Shown here piece after piece: positions 48,463 to 57,656 of a DNA stretch of 64,000 nt (position 1 is the first letter of the stretch; each line of letters begins with the position of its first letter). The notes beneath the pieces are model-generated. The model was given only the letters and a program-made list of their open reading frames with translations, had not been told where the DNA came from and made no database searches. A program made the translations under genes and the position numbers. The DNA is from Planctomycetota bacterium. GTDB lineage: Bacteria > Planctomycetota > PLA2 > JAEUHO01. The DNA is taken from contig JADZCA010000029.1 in the NCBI GenBank assembly GCA_020851795.1, forward strand, positions 49,271 through 113,270, in the 5' to 3' direction.

Positions 48463-49208
48463 CGCACCATCCCGTCGCGCTTGCGCAGCGCCGCCACCGG
48501 GTCGTCGAGCGGGACGACGCGGTCGGCGAGGAAGGGCTCGCCGAACTCCGCGCCGATGCGCGAGCCCCAGTAGCGGTAGCGCGCCTCGACGCGCGCGAGG
48601 AACGCGGGCGAGGTCAGGTTCGTGGCCGGGCCCTTCGCGCCGTCGAGGCCGAGCTGCGACGCGTAGCAGCGCATCACCTCGAGGCGCTCCTCCCACACCG
48701 CGCTGACGTCCACGACGAAGGTGGGGGTCGTCTCCTGGTGCCCGAAGTAGTGGATCAGCGCGTCGGGGCGGTGGGCCGGCAGCTCGCCGCCCTTGGCCTT
48801 GCCCACCGTGGCGAGGTAGTACGCGCGACGCACGAGCGTCGCCGCCTCGACGTGGTCGGGGTGCAGGTCCACGGGGCACGGTGCGACGACGAGGCGCGGG
48901 CGCCAGCGGCGGATCGCGGCGACCACCGGCTCGGTGGCGGCGGCGGTGGCCTCGACGGCGCCGTCGGGCATCCCGAGGTTCTCGCGCCCGACGAGCCCGA
49001 GCCGGCGCGACGCCTCCGCGGTCTCGGCGGCGCGCGTCTCCGGCGTCCCGCGCGAGCCCGCCTCGCCGCGCGTGAGGTCCACGACCGCGCAGCGGTAGCC
49101 CGCCTTGCGCAGCGTGAGCATGAGCCCGCCCGCGCAGAACTCCACGTCGTCGGGGTGGGGCCCGAACGCGAGGACGTCGGCGGGCTCGGGCAGGGCGGGC
49201 GCGGACAT
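48459..49208 (-). CDS. bshB1: BshB1-like PIG-L/LmbE-family deacetylase
   Basis: '[20 protein letters not shown]...HPDHVEA' are PIG-L motifs. Lies between bshC and bshA. Confidence 0.85.
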   Translation of the reverse strand: MSAPALPEPADVLAFGPHPDDVEFCAGGLMLTLRKAGYRCAVVDLTRGEAGSRGTPETRAAETAEASRRLGLVGRENLGMPDGAVEATAAATEPVVAAIRRWRPRLVVAPCPVDLHPDHVEAATLVRRAYYLATVGKAKGGELPAHRPDALIHYFGHQETTPTFVVDVSAVWEERLEVMRCYASQLGLDGAKGPATNLTSPAFLARVEARYRYWGSRIGAEFGEPFLADRVVPLDDPVAALRKRDGMVR

Positions 49209-49270
49209 GGACGGGCCATCCTACGCGCCCCGCAGGCGCCCCGGGCGCCCGACCGGCCCGCGGCCGCGCG

Positions 49271-50710
49271 TCACACGACGACGAAGTCGTCCGCGGCCGC
49301 GACCGCCTCGAGCCCCTGCCGCACCCCCTCGACGCCCCGTCGGGCCACGATCGACACCGGCGACAGGACCCGCTCCTGCGCGCGCCCGCGCGGGCGCAGC
49401 GCCTCGACCGCGCGCCGCCGCCGCGCCACGGCGCGCTCGGCGTCGGCGCCGAGCGCCCGCCGGTGGGCCTCGGCCGCGTCGCGCAGGCCGCGCACCGCCC
49501 CGCCGAGCGCGTGCGCGACGCCCGGCTCGCGCGAGAGCCGCGCGAGCACCGCCTCGACCTCGTCGGCGGTGCGCCGCAGCGCCGCGGCCTCGTCGTCGTC
49601 GGGCGTGGCGACCTCGAGCGCCGCGGCGGGGACCGGCGCGCCCCGCGCGACCGCGCGCGCGTCGAGCCCGGCCTCGGCGAGCGCGGCGAGCGCCCGCTCG
49701 TCGGCCCACGCGCCGCTCGGCCGCGCCACGACCTCGGGGGCGCCGAGCCCGAGCACGGCGTGCGCGGGCGCCACCGCGGCCACGTAGGCCGCCTCGGTGG
49801 GGCCCGCGACCTGCGCGACGACGGGCAGCAGCGCGTCCTGCAGCAGCACGCGGCCGACGACGTCGGCGCTGCCGAGGCTCGGGTCGCGCTCGAGCGCCGC
49901 GGCGAGCGTCGCGCGGTCGAACGCGCTCGGCTCGCCGCGCAGCCGCACGCGCGCACCGTCGAAGCCGACGCGCAGGCGCGGGCCCCGGGGCGCCGACCGC
50001 ACGAACAGCGGCGCCTCGTCGGGTCGCGGGTCCACGGGCACCGCGAGGCCGGCCGCGCGGCGGCGGCCGACCTCGGCGCGCACCGCGTCGCCGATGGCGT
50101 CGGCGTGCCGCACGAGCGCGGCGAGGGCCGGTCCCGACCACGGCGCCAGCACGCGCGGCTCGACGAAGACGAGGCCGACGTCGCCGAGCACGCGGGCGAG
50201 CACCTCGGTGGACCACGTCGCGAGGTCGGTGGTCTCCGACGACGGCCGCGCCAGCGCCAGCGCCTCGCGGCCCCGCTCGGTGGCCGGGAGCGCCGCGGCG
50301 AGCGCGTCGAGGACGCGCCCCGTCGCCGCCGGGTCGAGCGGCACGTCGGCGACGCTGCGCCCCGCGCCGTCCACGCCGAGCGAGAGCACGCGCGGCGCGC
50401 CCACGGCGTCGAGCACCGTCGCGGTGTCCATCTCGTCCCAGTCGTGGTCGTCGGAGGCGACCCAGAACACGGCGACGACGGGCGCTCCGGGCCGGCTGCG
50501 CCGGCGGGCCTGCGCGAGCGCGCCGACGGCCTTGTGCAGCGAGAGCAGCGGGCCACCGAGGAGCCCCGGCTGCTGTCCCGTCGCGACCACCGTCGCGCCG
50601 TCGAGCAGCGCGCGCGCCGCACGCTCCGCCGCCGGGCCGGCGCCGACGCGGCGCTGGTGCGCGACGAGCGCGTCCACGAGCGCCGCGGGGACGGGCGGAC
50701 GGCCGCTCAC
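49271..50710 (-). CDS. bshC: BshC-like bacillithiol biosynthesis cysteine-adding enzyme
   Basis: 'VVATGQQPGLLGGPLLSLHK' and 'VFWVASDDHDWDE' match the recalled BshC/YllA blocks VVGGQQAGLLTGPLYTIHK / IFWVAGEDHDLDE. Start assigned to the GTG overlapping the methyltransferase stop (GTGA). The upstream part of the 730-aa track ORF is shadow. Confidence 0.8.
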   Translation of the reverse strand: MSGRPPVPAALVDALVAHQRRVGAGPAAERAARALLDGATVVATGQQPGLLGGPLLSLHKAVGALAQARRRSRPGAPVVAVFWVASDDHDWDEMDTATVLDAVGAPRVLSLGVDGAGRSVADVPLDPAATGRVLDALAAALPATERGREALALARPSSETTDLATWSTEVLARVLGDVGLVFVEPRVLAPWSGPALAALVRHADAIGDAVRAEVGRRRAAGLAVPVDPRPDEAPLFVRSAPRGPRLRVGFDGARVRLRGEPSAFDRATLAAALERDPSLGSADVVGRVLLQDALLPVVAQVAGPTEAAYVAAVAPAHAVLGLGAPEVVARPSGAWADERALAALAEAGLDARAVARGAPVPAAALEVATPDDDEAAALRRTADEVEAVLARLSREPGVAHALGGAVRGLRDAAEAHRRALGADAERAVARRRRAVEALRPRGRAQERVLSPVSIVARRGVEGVRQGLEAVAAADDFVVV

Positions 50711-51513
50711 CGGCCGGCCCGCCGCCGCGCGACCCGCACGAAGCGCGGGGCCTGCGCCGAGGCCGGCGCGCCGAGCAGGTCGCCGCACGGCTCGCCGACC
50801 GGCTCGAGGCCCGCCGCGACGAGCAGCCGGTCGATCGACGCGCGGTCGTGGACGCGCACGCGCTCCTCGACGTCGAACACGTCGCGGCCCGTGCGCAGGT
50901 CGGAGACGACGATTCGCTTGCGCACGTACGGGCCGCCCGGTGTCGTCGGGTCGAGGCGGCGACGGAACGTCACCCGCCACGGTGGCCGCAGGTCCTCGCC
51001 GTCGGCGTCGGGGGCGGCGAGCACCGCCTCCGCGTTGAGCACGTCGAGGAGGAAGCGGCCGCCGGGCACGAGCGCGCGCGCCACCGACGCCACGACGCGC
51101 GCGTCGTCCTCGGGGCGCTCGAAGTAGCCGAACGACGTGAACAGGCTGACGGCGCCGTCGAACTGCGGGCCGAAGGGGAGGTCGCGCATGTCGGCGCGCA
51201 CGTAGGTGGGCGCGCCCGGCAGCCCGGGCGAGCGCCTTCTCGCCTGCGCGAGCAGCGCCTCGGAGAGGTCCACGCCCGTGACGCGCAGGCCGAGCGCGGC
51301 GAGCGCGCGGGCGTAGCGCCCGGCTCCGCAGCCGACGTCGAGCACGCGCGCGCCCGGCGGGAGCGCGAGCAGGCGCGCGATCCCGGGCGCGTTGCGCGTC
51401 GCCTCGGCGTCGTCGCGGTGCGCGTAGACGACCGGGTACCACGCGCCGAACGCGCGCACCCACCAGGGCGCGCCGTCGCCGCCGGGCTCAGACGACGCGA
51501 CGTCGCGCGGCAT
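50707..51513 (-). CDS. Class I SAM-dependent methyltransferase (Methyltransf_11-like)
   Basis: 'VLDVGCGAGRYARALAALGLRVTGVDLSEALL...GAVSLFTSFGY' SAM-binding motifs. Coupled to bshC. Confidence 0.75.
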   Translation of the reverse strand: MPRDVASSEPGGDGAPWWVRAFGAWYPVVYAHRDDAEATRNAPGIARLLALPPGARVLDVGCGAGRYARALAALGLRVTGVDLSEALLAQARRRSPGLPGAPTYVRADMRDLPFGPQFDGAVSLFTSFGYFERPEDDARVVASVARALVPGGRFLLDVLNAEAVLAAPDADGEDLRPPWRVTFRRRLDPTTPGGPYVRKRIVVSDLRTGRDVFDVEERVRVHDRASIDRLLVAAGLEPVGEPCGDLLGAPASAQAPRFVRVARRRAGR

Positions 51514-52372
51514 CGAGCTCCTCCTTCGCCGCCCGCGCGGCCGCCTCGACGGCGGCGCGCCACGGCGTGGTCGGGTCCTTCGGCGTCGGGAACGTCACGC
51601 TGCGGGAGGCGTTGACGACGGCGCCGCGCCCGCCGGCGAGGTGGGCCGCCGCGGTGTCGGCGGCGGTGGCGCCCTGCGCGCCGTAGCCGGGGACGAGGAA
51701 CGGCGTCGTGGGCAGCGCCGCACGGAGCGCGCGCAGCTGCTCGGGCCACGTCGCGCCGACGACGGCCCCGACGCACGAGAGCCCGCTCCGCCCGCGGTGG
51801 CGCTCGCCCACCGCGCGCACCATCGCCGCCGTGCGCTCGTAGACGCGGGCGCCGCCGACGTCGAGGTCCTGGAGGTCGGCCGCGCCGGGGTTGCTGGTGC
51901 GCACGAGCACGTAGAGCCCCTTGCCGTGGGCGGCCGCCACCTCCACGAACGGCGCGAGCGAGTCGGCGCCCATGTAGGGGGCGACCGTGAGGGCGTCCAC
52001 CTCGAAGTCGCCGCCGGGCGCGAGGTGCGCCTGCGCGTACGCCTCCGCCGTCGTCGAGAGGTCGCCGCGCTTGCCGTCGCCGATCACGAGCAGCCCGCGC
52101 GTGCGCGCGCCCGCGACGATGCCGGCGTAGGCGGCGAGCCCGCCGAGGCCGAACGCCTCGAAGAAGCCGAGGTTGGGCTTGACGCAGGCGGCGTGCGGCG
52201 CGACGAGGTCGAGCACCTCGAGGCCGAAGCGCAGCAGCGCCTTGCCGGGATCGCCGCCTGCCGCGGCGCGGACGTCGGCGGGGAGCTTGTCGAGCCGCGG
52301 GTCGAGGCCCACGCACAGCGGAGACGACTTCGAGGTGATCGCGGCTTCGAGGCGGTCGGCGTACGCGTCCAT
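51488..52372 (-). CDS. pyrF: Orotidine 5'-phosphate decarboxylase (type 2, long form)
   Basis: 'LCVGLDPRLDKLP...VKPNLGFFEAFG...LVIGDGKRGDLSTT' are type-2 PyrF motifs. 294 aa. Confidence 0.85.
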   Translation of the reverse strand: MDAYADRLEAAITSKSSPLCVGLDPRLDKLPADVRAAAGGDPGKALLRFGLEVLDLVAPHAACVKPNLGFFEAFGLGGLAAYAGIVAGARTRGLLVIGDGKRGDLSTTAEAYAQAHLAPGGDFEVDALTVAPYMGADSLAPFVEVAAAHGKGLYVLVRTSNPGAADLQDLDVGGARVYERTAAMVRAVGERHRGRSGLSCVGAVVGATWPEQLRALRAALPTTPFLVPGYGAQGATAADTAAAHLAGGRGAVVNASRSVTFPTPKDPTTPWRAAVEAAARAAKEELDAARRRVV

Positions 52373-52516
52373 GCCGACGATCGTACCGGCGCGACGGCGC
52401 GTCCCGGCACCGCGCCGCGGAGCGGACGACGCGTCGCGGGGCGACCCACGTCGCCCCCGGGCCCCGCGCCGCGCCGACGTCTTCGGGTCGTGCGCCCGGT
52501 GGGCCGGGAGCCCGCG

Positions 52517-53188
52517 TCAGCGGACGACCCGCGCCCGTCGGGCCGGCAGTCCGCACGAGGCGAGGAACGCCGAGAGCAGACGCGTCCCGTGCGGCGTCAG
52601 ATACGACTCGGGGTGGAACTGCACGCCGACGACCGGAAGGGTGCGGTGCGCGAGCGCCATGATCTCGCCCTCGGGCGACCACGCGTGCGCCTCGAGCACC
52701 GTCGGCAGCGCGTGCGGCGAGACGACGAGGCTGTGGTAGCGCGCGGCGGGGAACGGGTCGGGCAGGCCTGCGAGGACGCCGTGCCCATCGTGGCGGACGG
52801 GGAGCGCACGACCGTGCACGGGGACGCGGGCGCGGACGACCCGCGCGCCGAAGGCCGCCCCGATCGCCTGGTGGCCGAGGCACACGCCGAGCAGCGGCAC
52901 CGGCTCGTCGGCGCCGGCGCACGCGCGCACGAGCGGCACGCAGATCCCCGCCTCGGTGGGCGAGAGCGGCCCCGGCGAGAGGACCACACCGCGCGGCCGC
53001 GCCGCGAGCACGTCGGCGACGCTCACCTCGTCGTGGCGGACGACCTGCACGTCCGCGCCGAGCTGCGCGAGCAGGTGCGCGAGGTTGAGCGTGAACGAGT
53101 CGTAGTTGTCCACGAGCACGACGCCGCGCGCCCCGGCCCGCTCGAGGACGGGGGCACGACGGAGGCGACCGGGGACGGCGTCGGGCAC
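52517..53188 (-). CDS. Class I glutamine amidotransferase TrpG/PabA-type (anthranilate/aminodeoxychorismate synthase component II); start uncertain
   Basis: 'VVLVDNYDSFTLNLAHLL...GVCLGHQAIGAAFG...VGVQFHPES' triad motifs. N-terminal 240 aa of the track ORF are antisense to the cysteine desulfurase gene. Start set to GTG 53188. Confidence 0.75.
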   Translation of the reverse strand: MPDAVPGRLRRAPVLERAGARGVVLVDNYDSFTLNLAHLLAQLGADVQVVRHDEVSVADVLAARPRGVVLSPGPLSPTEAGICVPLVRACAGADEPVPLLGVCLGHQAIGAAFGARVVRARVPVHGRALPVRHDGHGVLAGLPDPFPAARYHSLVVSPHALPTVLEAHAWSPEGEIMALAHRTLPVVGVQFHPESYLTPHGTRLLSAFLASCGLPARRARVVR

Positions 53189-53255
53189 GGGGGCGATCTC
53201 GGCGGGCTCTCGCGCCCGCCACCGTATCCTCGCGCCCGCCTCCGTGCCTCCCCCG

Positions 53256-54401
53256 ATGTCCCCGCGCCTCGACCTCGACCGCAACGCGACCGCGCCCACC
53301 GACCCCACGGTCGTCGAGGCGATGGTGCGCCTGCTCGGCGAGCCGCTGGGCAACCCGAGCTCGCCCCACACGGCGGGGCGGCGGGCGCGCGACGTGCTCG
53401 AGGCCGCGCGCGACGGCGTGGCGCGCACGCTCGGCTGCCGCGCGAGAGAGATCGTCTTCACCAGCGGCGGGACCGAGGCGTGCCACCTCGCGGTGCAGGG
53501 CGCCGCGCGCGCCCGCGTGGGCTCGGGCCGGCGCCTCGTCGTGTCCGCGGTCGAGCACCCCGCCGTGCTCGACGCGGCCGACGCGCTCGTCCCCGAGGGC
53601 TTCGAGGTCGTCCGGGTGGCCCCGGGCCCCGACGGGCAGGTGGACGCGGCGCGCTTCGTCGCCGCGTGCGGGCCGGGGACGACCGTCGCGGCGCTCATGC
53701 TCGCCAACCACGAGACGGGCGCGTTGCAGCCCGTCCGCGAGGTGGCGGCGGCGCTGCGCCCCCGGGGCGTCACCACGGTGTGCGACGCCGCGCTCGCGCC
53801 GGGGCTGCTCGAGGTGGCCCCCGAAGCGCTCGGCGTGGACCTCCTCGCGCTCTCGTCGCACAAGGTGGGCGGTCCGACGGGCGTGGGGGCGCTCTACGTC
53901 CGCCGCCGCACGCGTCTCGTGCCGTTGCAGCGAGGGGGCGTCCAGGAGGACCGCGTCCGGGGCGGCACCGAGAACGTGGTGGGCGCCCACGGCTTCGCCC
54001 TCGCCCTGGCGCGTGCCGTCGCGGCGCGTCCCGCGCGCGCCGCGGCGTGCGCCGCCCTGCGCGCCCGCCTGCTCGAACGGGTGCTCGCGCTCCCGGGGAC
54101 CCGGCTCGTCGGGCCGCACGACGGGCTGCCGAGCACCGCGACGGTCGCGTTCGAGGGCTGCGAGGGCGAGTCGATGCTCGTCAACCTCGACCTCGAGGGG
54201 ATCGCCGTCAGCACCGGGAGCGCGTGCGCGGTGGGGGGCACGGAGGCGAGCCCGGTGCTGCTCGCCATGGGTCTCTCCCCGCGCGTCGCGGCCTCCACGC
54301 TGCGCTTCAGCGTCGGCGACGACCTCCGTCTCGACGACGTGGATCGGGTGGGCGTCGTCGTCGCTCGCGTCGTCGGTCGGCTCCGCTCGCTCTCGCGGTG
54401 A
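53256..54401 (+). CDS. Cysteine desulfurase (class V aminotransferase, IscS/NifS-like)
   Basis: 'GNPSSPHTAGRRARDVLEAARDGVA...EIVFTSGGTEACHLA...LSSHKVGGPTGVGALYV...STGSACA' PLP-lysine and active-site Cys motifs. Confidence 0.85.
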   Translation: MSPRLDLDRNATAPTDPTVVEAMVRLLGEPLGNPSSPHTAGRRARDVLEAARDGVARTLGCRAREIVFTSGGTEACHLAVQGAARARVGSGRRLVVSAVEHPAVLDAADALVPEGFEVVRVAPGPDGQVDAARFVAACGPGTTVAALMLANHETGALQPVREVAAALRPRGVTTVCDAALAPGLLEVAPEALGVDLLALSSHKVGGPTGVGALYVRRRTRLVPLQRGGVQEDRVRGGTENVVGAHGFALALARAVAARPARAAACAALRARLLERVLALPGTRLVGPHDGLPSTATVAFEGCEGESMLVNLDLEGIAVSTGSACAVGGTEASPVLLAMGLSPRVAASTLRFSVGDDLRLDDVDRVGVVVARVVGRLRSLSR

Positions 54402-54495
54402 CGCCGGGGAAGGCGCGTCGCCCACCCCGATCGTGGGGCCGTCGTAGTGAACACCGAGTTCTCTGACCGCATCTTCGCGGCTTGTGCGCCCGACG

Positions 54496-54524
54496 TTGAC
54501 GACCCGTCCCGACGCCCGTAGGTT
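54496..54524 (+). promoter_or_regulatory. Candidate sigma-70 promoter for dnaA: TTGACG -17 nt- TAGGTT
   Basis: gTTGACGacccgtcccgacgcccgTAGGTTc read directly, about 50 nt upstream of the dnaA start. Confidence 0.4.
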
Positions 54525-54575
54525 CCGCGCCCCGCTCGGCGGAACGACCCGCGAGCCCGACCACGGACGCCCCGA

Positions 54576-56018
54576 ATGACGGCCTCGAACGACCCGCGCT
54601 CCGACCTGCAGCGCCGGATCCTCGAGGCGGTGCGGCGGCGGCTCAAGAAGCGCCAGTTCGAGACGTGGTTCGCCCGGGCCTCCGTGCTGCGCCTGACGGA
54701 GGCCGAAGTCGTCGTGGGGGTCCCGAACTCCTTCCAGCAGGAGTGGATGACGAAGGAGTTCACCGGGGTGGTGTCCCAGGCCGCCCTCGAGATCACCGGG
54801 GCCCCGGTGGCCGCCCGGTTCGAGGTCGAGGGGGGCGCTGCCCCCCGGTCGGCCGACTCACCGGCGCCGCCCCCGACCCCGCACGACGTGCCCGCGCCCG
54901 TCGCGCCGGCCGTCGAGCCGATCGAGCCGGCCCGCCACGGCCGCCCGGCGCCCGCCGCCGCGCCGGTCCCGCCGCCGCCCCCCGACGCGACGGCCCCGCT
55001 GCCGCTCCAGCCGCACTACACGTTCGACCACTTCGTCGTCGGCCCGAGCAACCAGTTCGCCCACGCGGTCGCCCGCGCCGTCGCCGACCACCCGGGCGGC
55101 GAGAACAACCCGCTCTTCCTCTACGGCTCGGTCGGGCTCGGCAAGACGCACCTGCTCCAGGCGATCTGCCACGAGATCCTGCGCCGCAACCCGACGCTGC
55201 GGATCGGCTACCTCTCCTGCGAGCAGTTCACCAACGAGTACGTGTCGGCGGTGCAGCGCAACGCCACCGAGGCCTTCCGCGCGCGCCTGCGCAACGTGGA
55301 CATGCTCGTCATCGACGACATCCACTTCCTGGCGAACAAGGAACGGACGCAGGAAGAGTTCTTCCACACGTTCAACTCGCTCTACCACCAGCGCAAGCCG
55401 ATCATCCTGTCGAGCGACGCCGCGCCCAACGAGATCCCCACGCTCCAGGAGCGCCTCGTGTCGCGGTTCCGCTGGGGCGTCGTCGCGCAGCTCGAGCCGC
55501 CCGAGGTCGAGACCCGCATGGCGATCGTGCGGCGCAAGGCGGAACAGACCGGCCTGCAGCTGCCGCCCGACGTCGTGGAGTTCATGGCCACGAGCGTGCG
55601 CAACAACGTGCGCGAGCTCGAGGGCGCCCTCGCGAGCATCCGCAGCCGCGCGGCGATCGAGCAGCGCCCGATCGACCTCACGCTCGCCCGCACGGCGCTC
55701 GAGCCGCTGCTCCGCCAAGAGCCGACGCCGGTCTCGATCGAGCGGATCACCGAGACCGTCGCCGGCCACTTCGGCCTCAAGCTCTCCGACCTGCGGTCCT
55801 CCAAGCGCACGAAGAGCGTGTCGCAGCCCCGCCAGGTCGCGATGTGGCTCGCCCGCGAGCTCACGTCGCTCTCCTTGGTCGAGATCGGCGACTACTTCGG
55901 CGGCCGCGACCACACGACCGTGCTCTACGCCGTCGAGCGGACGGCGGACCGCGTCGCACAGCACGACGGGCTGCGGCAGACGGCCGAGCGGCTGCGCGAC
56001 CGGTTGCGCGCCCGCTGA
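54576..56018 (+). CDS. dnaA: Chromosomal replication initiator DnaA
   Basis: 'NPLFLYGSVGLGKTHLLQAICHEI' Walker A. 'MLVIDDIHFLANKERTQEEFFHTFN' box. C-terminal DNA-binding 'RQVAMWLARELTSLSLVEIGDYFGGRDHTTVLYA'. Confidence 0.95.
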   Translation: MTASNDPRSDLQRRILEAVRRRLKKRQFETWFARASVLRLTEAEVVVGVPNSFQQEWMTKEFTGVVSQAALEITGAPVAARFEVEGGAAPRSADSPAPPPTPHDVPAPVAPAVEPIEPARHGRPAPAAAPVPPPPPDATAPLPLQPHYTFDHFVVGPSNQFAHAVARAVADHPGGENNPLFLYGSVGLGKTHLLQAICHEILRRNPTLRIGYLSCEQFTNEYVSAVQRNATEAFRARLRNVDMLVIDDIHFLANKERTQEEFFHTFNSLYHQRKPIILSSDAAPNEIPTLQERLVSRFRWGVVAQLEPPEVETRMAIVRRKAEQTGLQLPPDVVEFMATSVRNNVRELEGALASIRSRAAIEQRPIDLTLARTALEPLLRQEPTPVSIERITETVAGHFGLKLSDLRSSKRTKSVSQPRQVAMWLARELTSLSLVEIGDYFGGRDHTTVLYAVERTADRVAQHDGLRQTAERLRDRLRAR

Positions 56019-56543
56019 CCGAACGGGTCACGGCGTTCCCCGACCGACCGCCCTGTTGGGCGGCGGGATTCCCCATGCCCATGCCGATGCAACTCGTTGG
56101 CCACCGGGCGGTTGGGTTGATCTCCCACGGACTTTCCACAGCCGCTGCCGCTGCGTCCTCCCACACGGTCGCCCCCGGCTCGATCGCCGCGAGCACCCCT
56201 ACGGCTAGCGGTCCTCTCGGTGCGATTCTTGGGGAAGGCGGGCGGAGCCGCGGGGACGTTCTCGGGACAGTCGGCGCGGCCCCGACACGACCCCGAGAAG
56301 GGGTCCTGCGAAGTCCCGAATTCGTTGTCAGCGTCCCCCTCGTCTCCGTACAATCCGTCCCCGGATCGAGGCCGTCTGGAACCCCGGTTGGACTCGTCGT
56401 AACCCCTTTGAATAAAGGGGGATAGGGCGAATGAGACAGCCGTGTTTCCACGAACGGACAGGGCTCAGGGAGACGAGGGAGAGAACCCAGAGTTCTCCCT
56501 CTCTTCCGGGACCCAGAGCAACCCGCTCCGACGAGAGGCAGTC
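56019..56543. other. Putative oriC (dnaA-dnaN intergenic, 525 bp) with DnaA-box-like 9-mers and an AT-rich inverted repeat
   Basis: CTTTCCACA at 56132-56140, TCTCCCACG at 56121-56129, TGTTTCCACG at 56443-56452, and CCCCTTTgaatAAAGGGG inverted repeat at 56403-56420. It is the longest intergenic region next to dnaA. Confidence 0.5.
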
Positions 56544-57656
56544 ATGCGCCTGAACGTCCCGACCGCCCCGCTGCTCGAAGCCGTCGGACTCGCCTCGGCG
56601 GTGGCCGCCTCGAAGAGCCCCAAGCGCATCCTCGAATGCGTGGCGCTCCGTGCGTCGCGGGCCGACGGGATCCGAGTCGAAGCGAGCGACCTCGACGTCA
56701 CCATCGCGATGCGCCTCGATGCGGGCGAGGTGGTCGAGGACGGCGTGGTCGCCGTGCCCGCGACGCGGCTCGTCAGCGTGCTGCGCGAGGTGGGCGAGGG
56801 CCGCAAGGACCTCACGCTCGTCGGGCAGGGCGGCCGGCTCGAGGTGGACACCCCCGACTGCCAGTTCCGCATCCACGGCGAGGACCCACAGGAGCTGCAC
56901 CCGTCCGAGGCCTTCCCCGGCGCCGCCGCGGCCACGCTGCCGTTCTCGGTGCTGCGCTCGATGATCGACCGGACCCAGTTCGCCACCGCGCGCGAGCCGG
57001 GTCGCTTCGCGCTGCACGGCGTGCAGTTCCGCTTCACGTCGAAGGAGCTCGAGGTCGTCGCCACCGACGGCCGCCGCTTGGCGAAAGCCGTGCACCCCGT
57101 GGCCTCCGGCCCGGCGACCGAGCTCAAGGTGATCGTGGGCACGAAGCCCCTCGCGCTCGTCTCGCGCCTGGCGGCCGACCCGACCGCGCAGGTCGAGGTC
57201 GCCGTCCACGACCGGCGGATCTACTTCCGCGTCGGACGCTGCCTGCTCTCCTCGCGCCTGATCGACGGCGCCTTCCCGCCGTACGAGCAGGTGATCCCGC
57301 AGTCGAGCGCCAAGGGCTTCGTGGCGAAGGCCGAGCGGCTCGCGACCGCGCTGCGCCGCGCCTCGCTGCTGACGACGCGCGAGATGCGCTCGGTCACGCT
57401 CGACTTCGGGCCCAACCTCCTCGTGCTCTCCTCGCGCGCCCCCGACGTCGGCGAGGCGAAGGTCTCGCTCGAGGTCCCCTACACCGAGGCTCCCGAGAAG
57501 CTCGGCTTCAACCCCGACTACCTGCTCGACGCGCTCAAGGTGATGGACCCGCAGGCGGACGTCCGCTTCGAGGTGACCTCGGCGCGCTCGCCCGGCAAGC
57601 TCACCGCGGGCGACGGCTACGTCTACGTCGTCAGCCCGGTGTCGGTGACGGAGTGA
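56544..57656 (+). CDS. dnaN: DNA polymerase III beta sliding clamp
   Basis: 'MRLNVPTAPLLEAVGLASAVAASKSPKRILECVALRA...' three-domain clamp. GAGAGG RBS before ATG 56544. 370 aa. Confidence 0.9.
   Translation: MRLNVPTAPLLEAVGLASAVAASKSPKRILECVALRASRADGIRVEASDLDVTIAMRLDAGEVVEDGVVAVPATRLVSVLREVGEGRKDLTLVGQGGRLEVDTPDCQFRIHGEDPQELHPSEAFPGAAAATLPFSVLRSMIDRTQFATAREPGRFALHGVQFRFTSKELEVVATDGRRLAKAVHPVASGPATELKVIVGTKPLALVSRLAADPTAQVEVAVHDRRIYFRVGRCLLSSRLIDGAFPPYEQVIPQSSAKGFVAKAERLATALRRASLLTTREMRSVTLDFGPNLLVLSSRAPDVGEAKVSLEVPYTEAPEKLGFNPDYLLDALKVMDPQADVRFEVTSARSPGKLTAGDGYVYVVSPVSVTE

Noticed and set aside
47297-50622. Track ORFs 46385..48010 (541 aa) and 47308..50622 (1104 aa) as single long genes
   Set aside because: They were split at internal starts into a sigma factor (303 aa) and bshA (385 aa). 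The N-terminal portions are Arg-rich shadow sequence overlapping bshB1/bshC in other frames.
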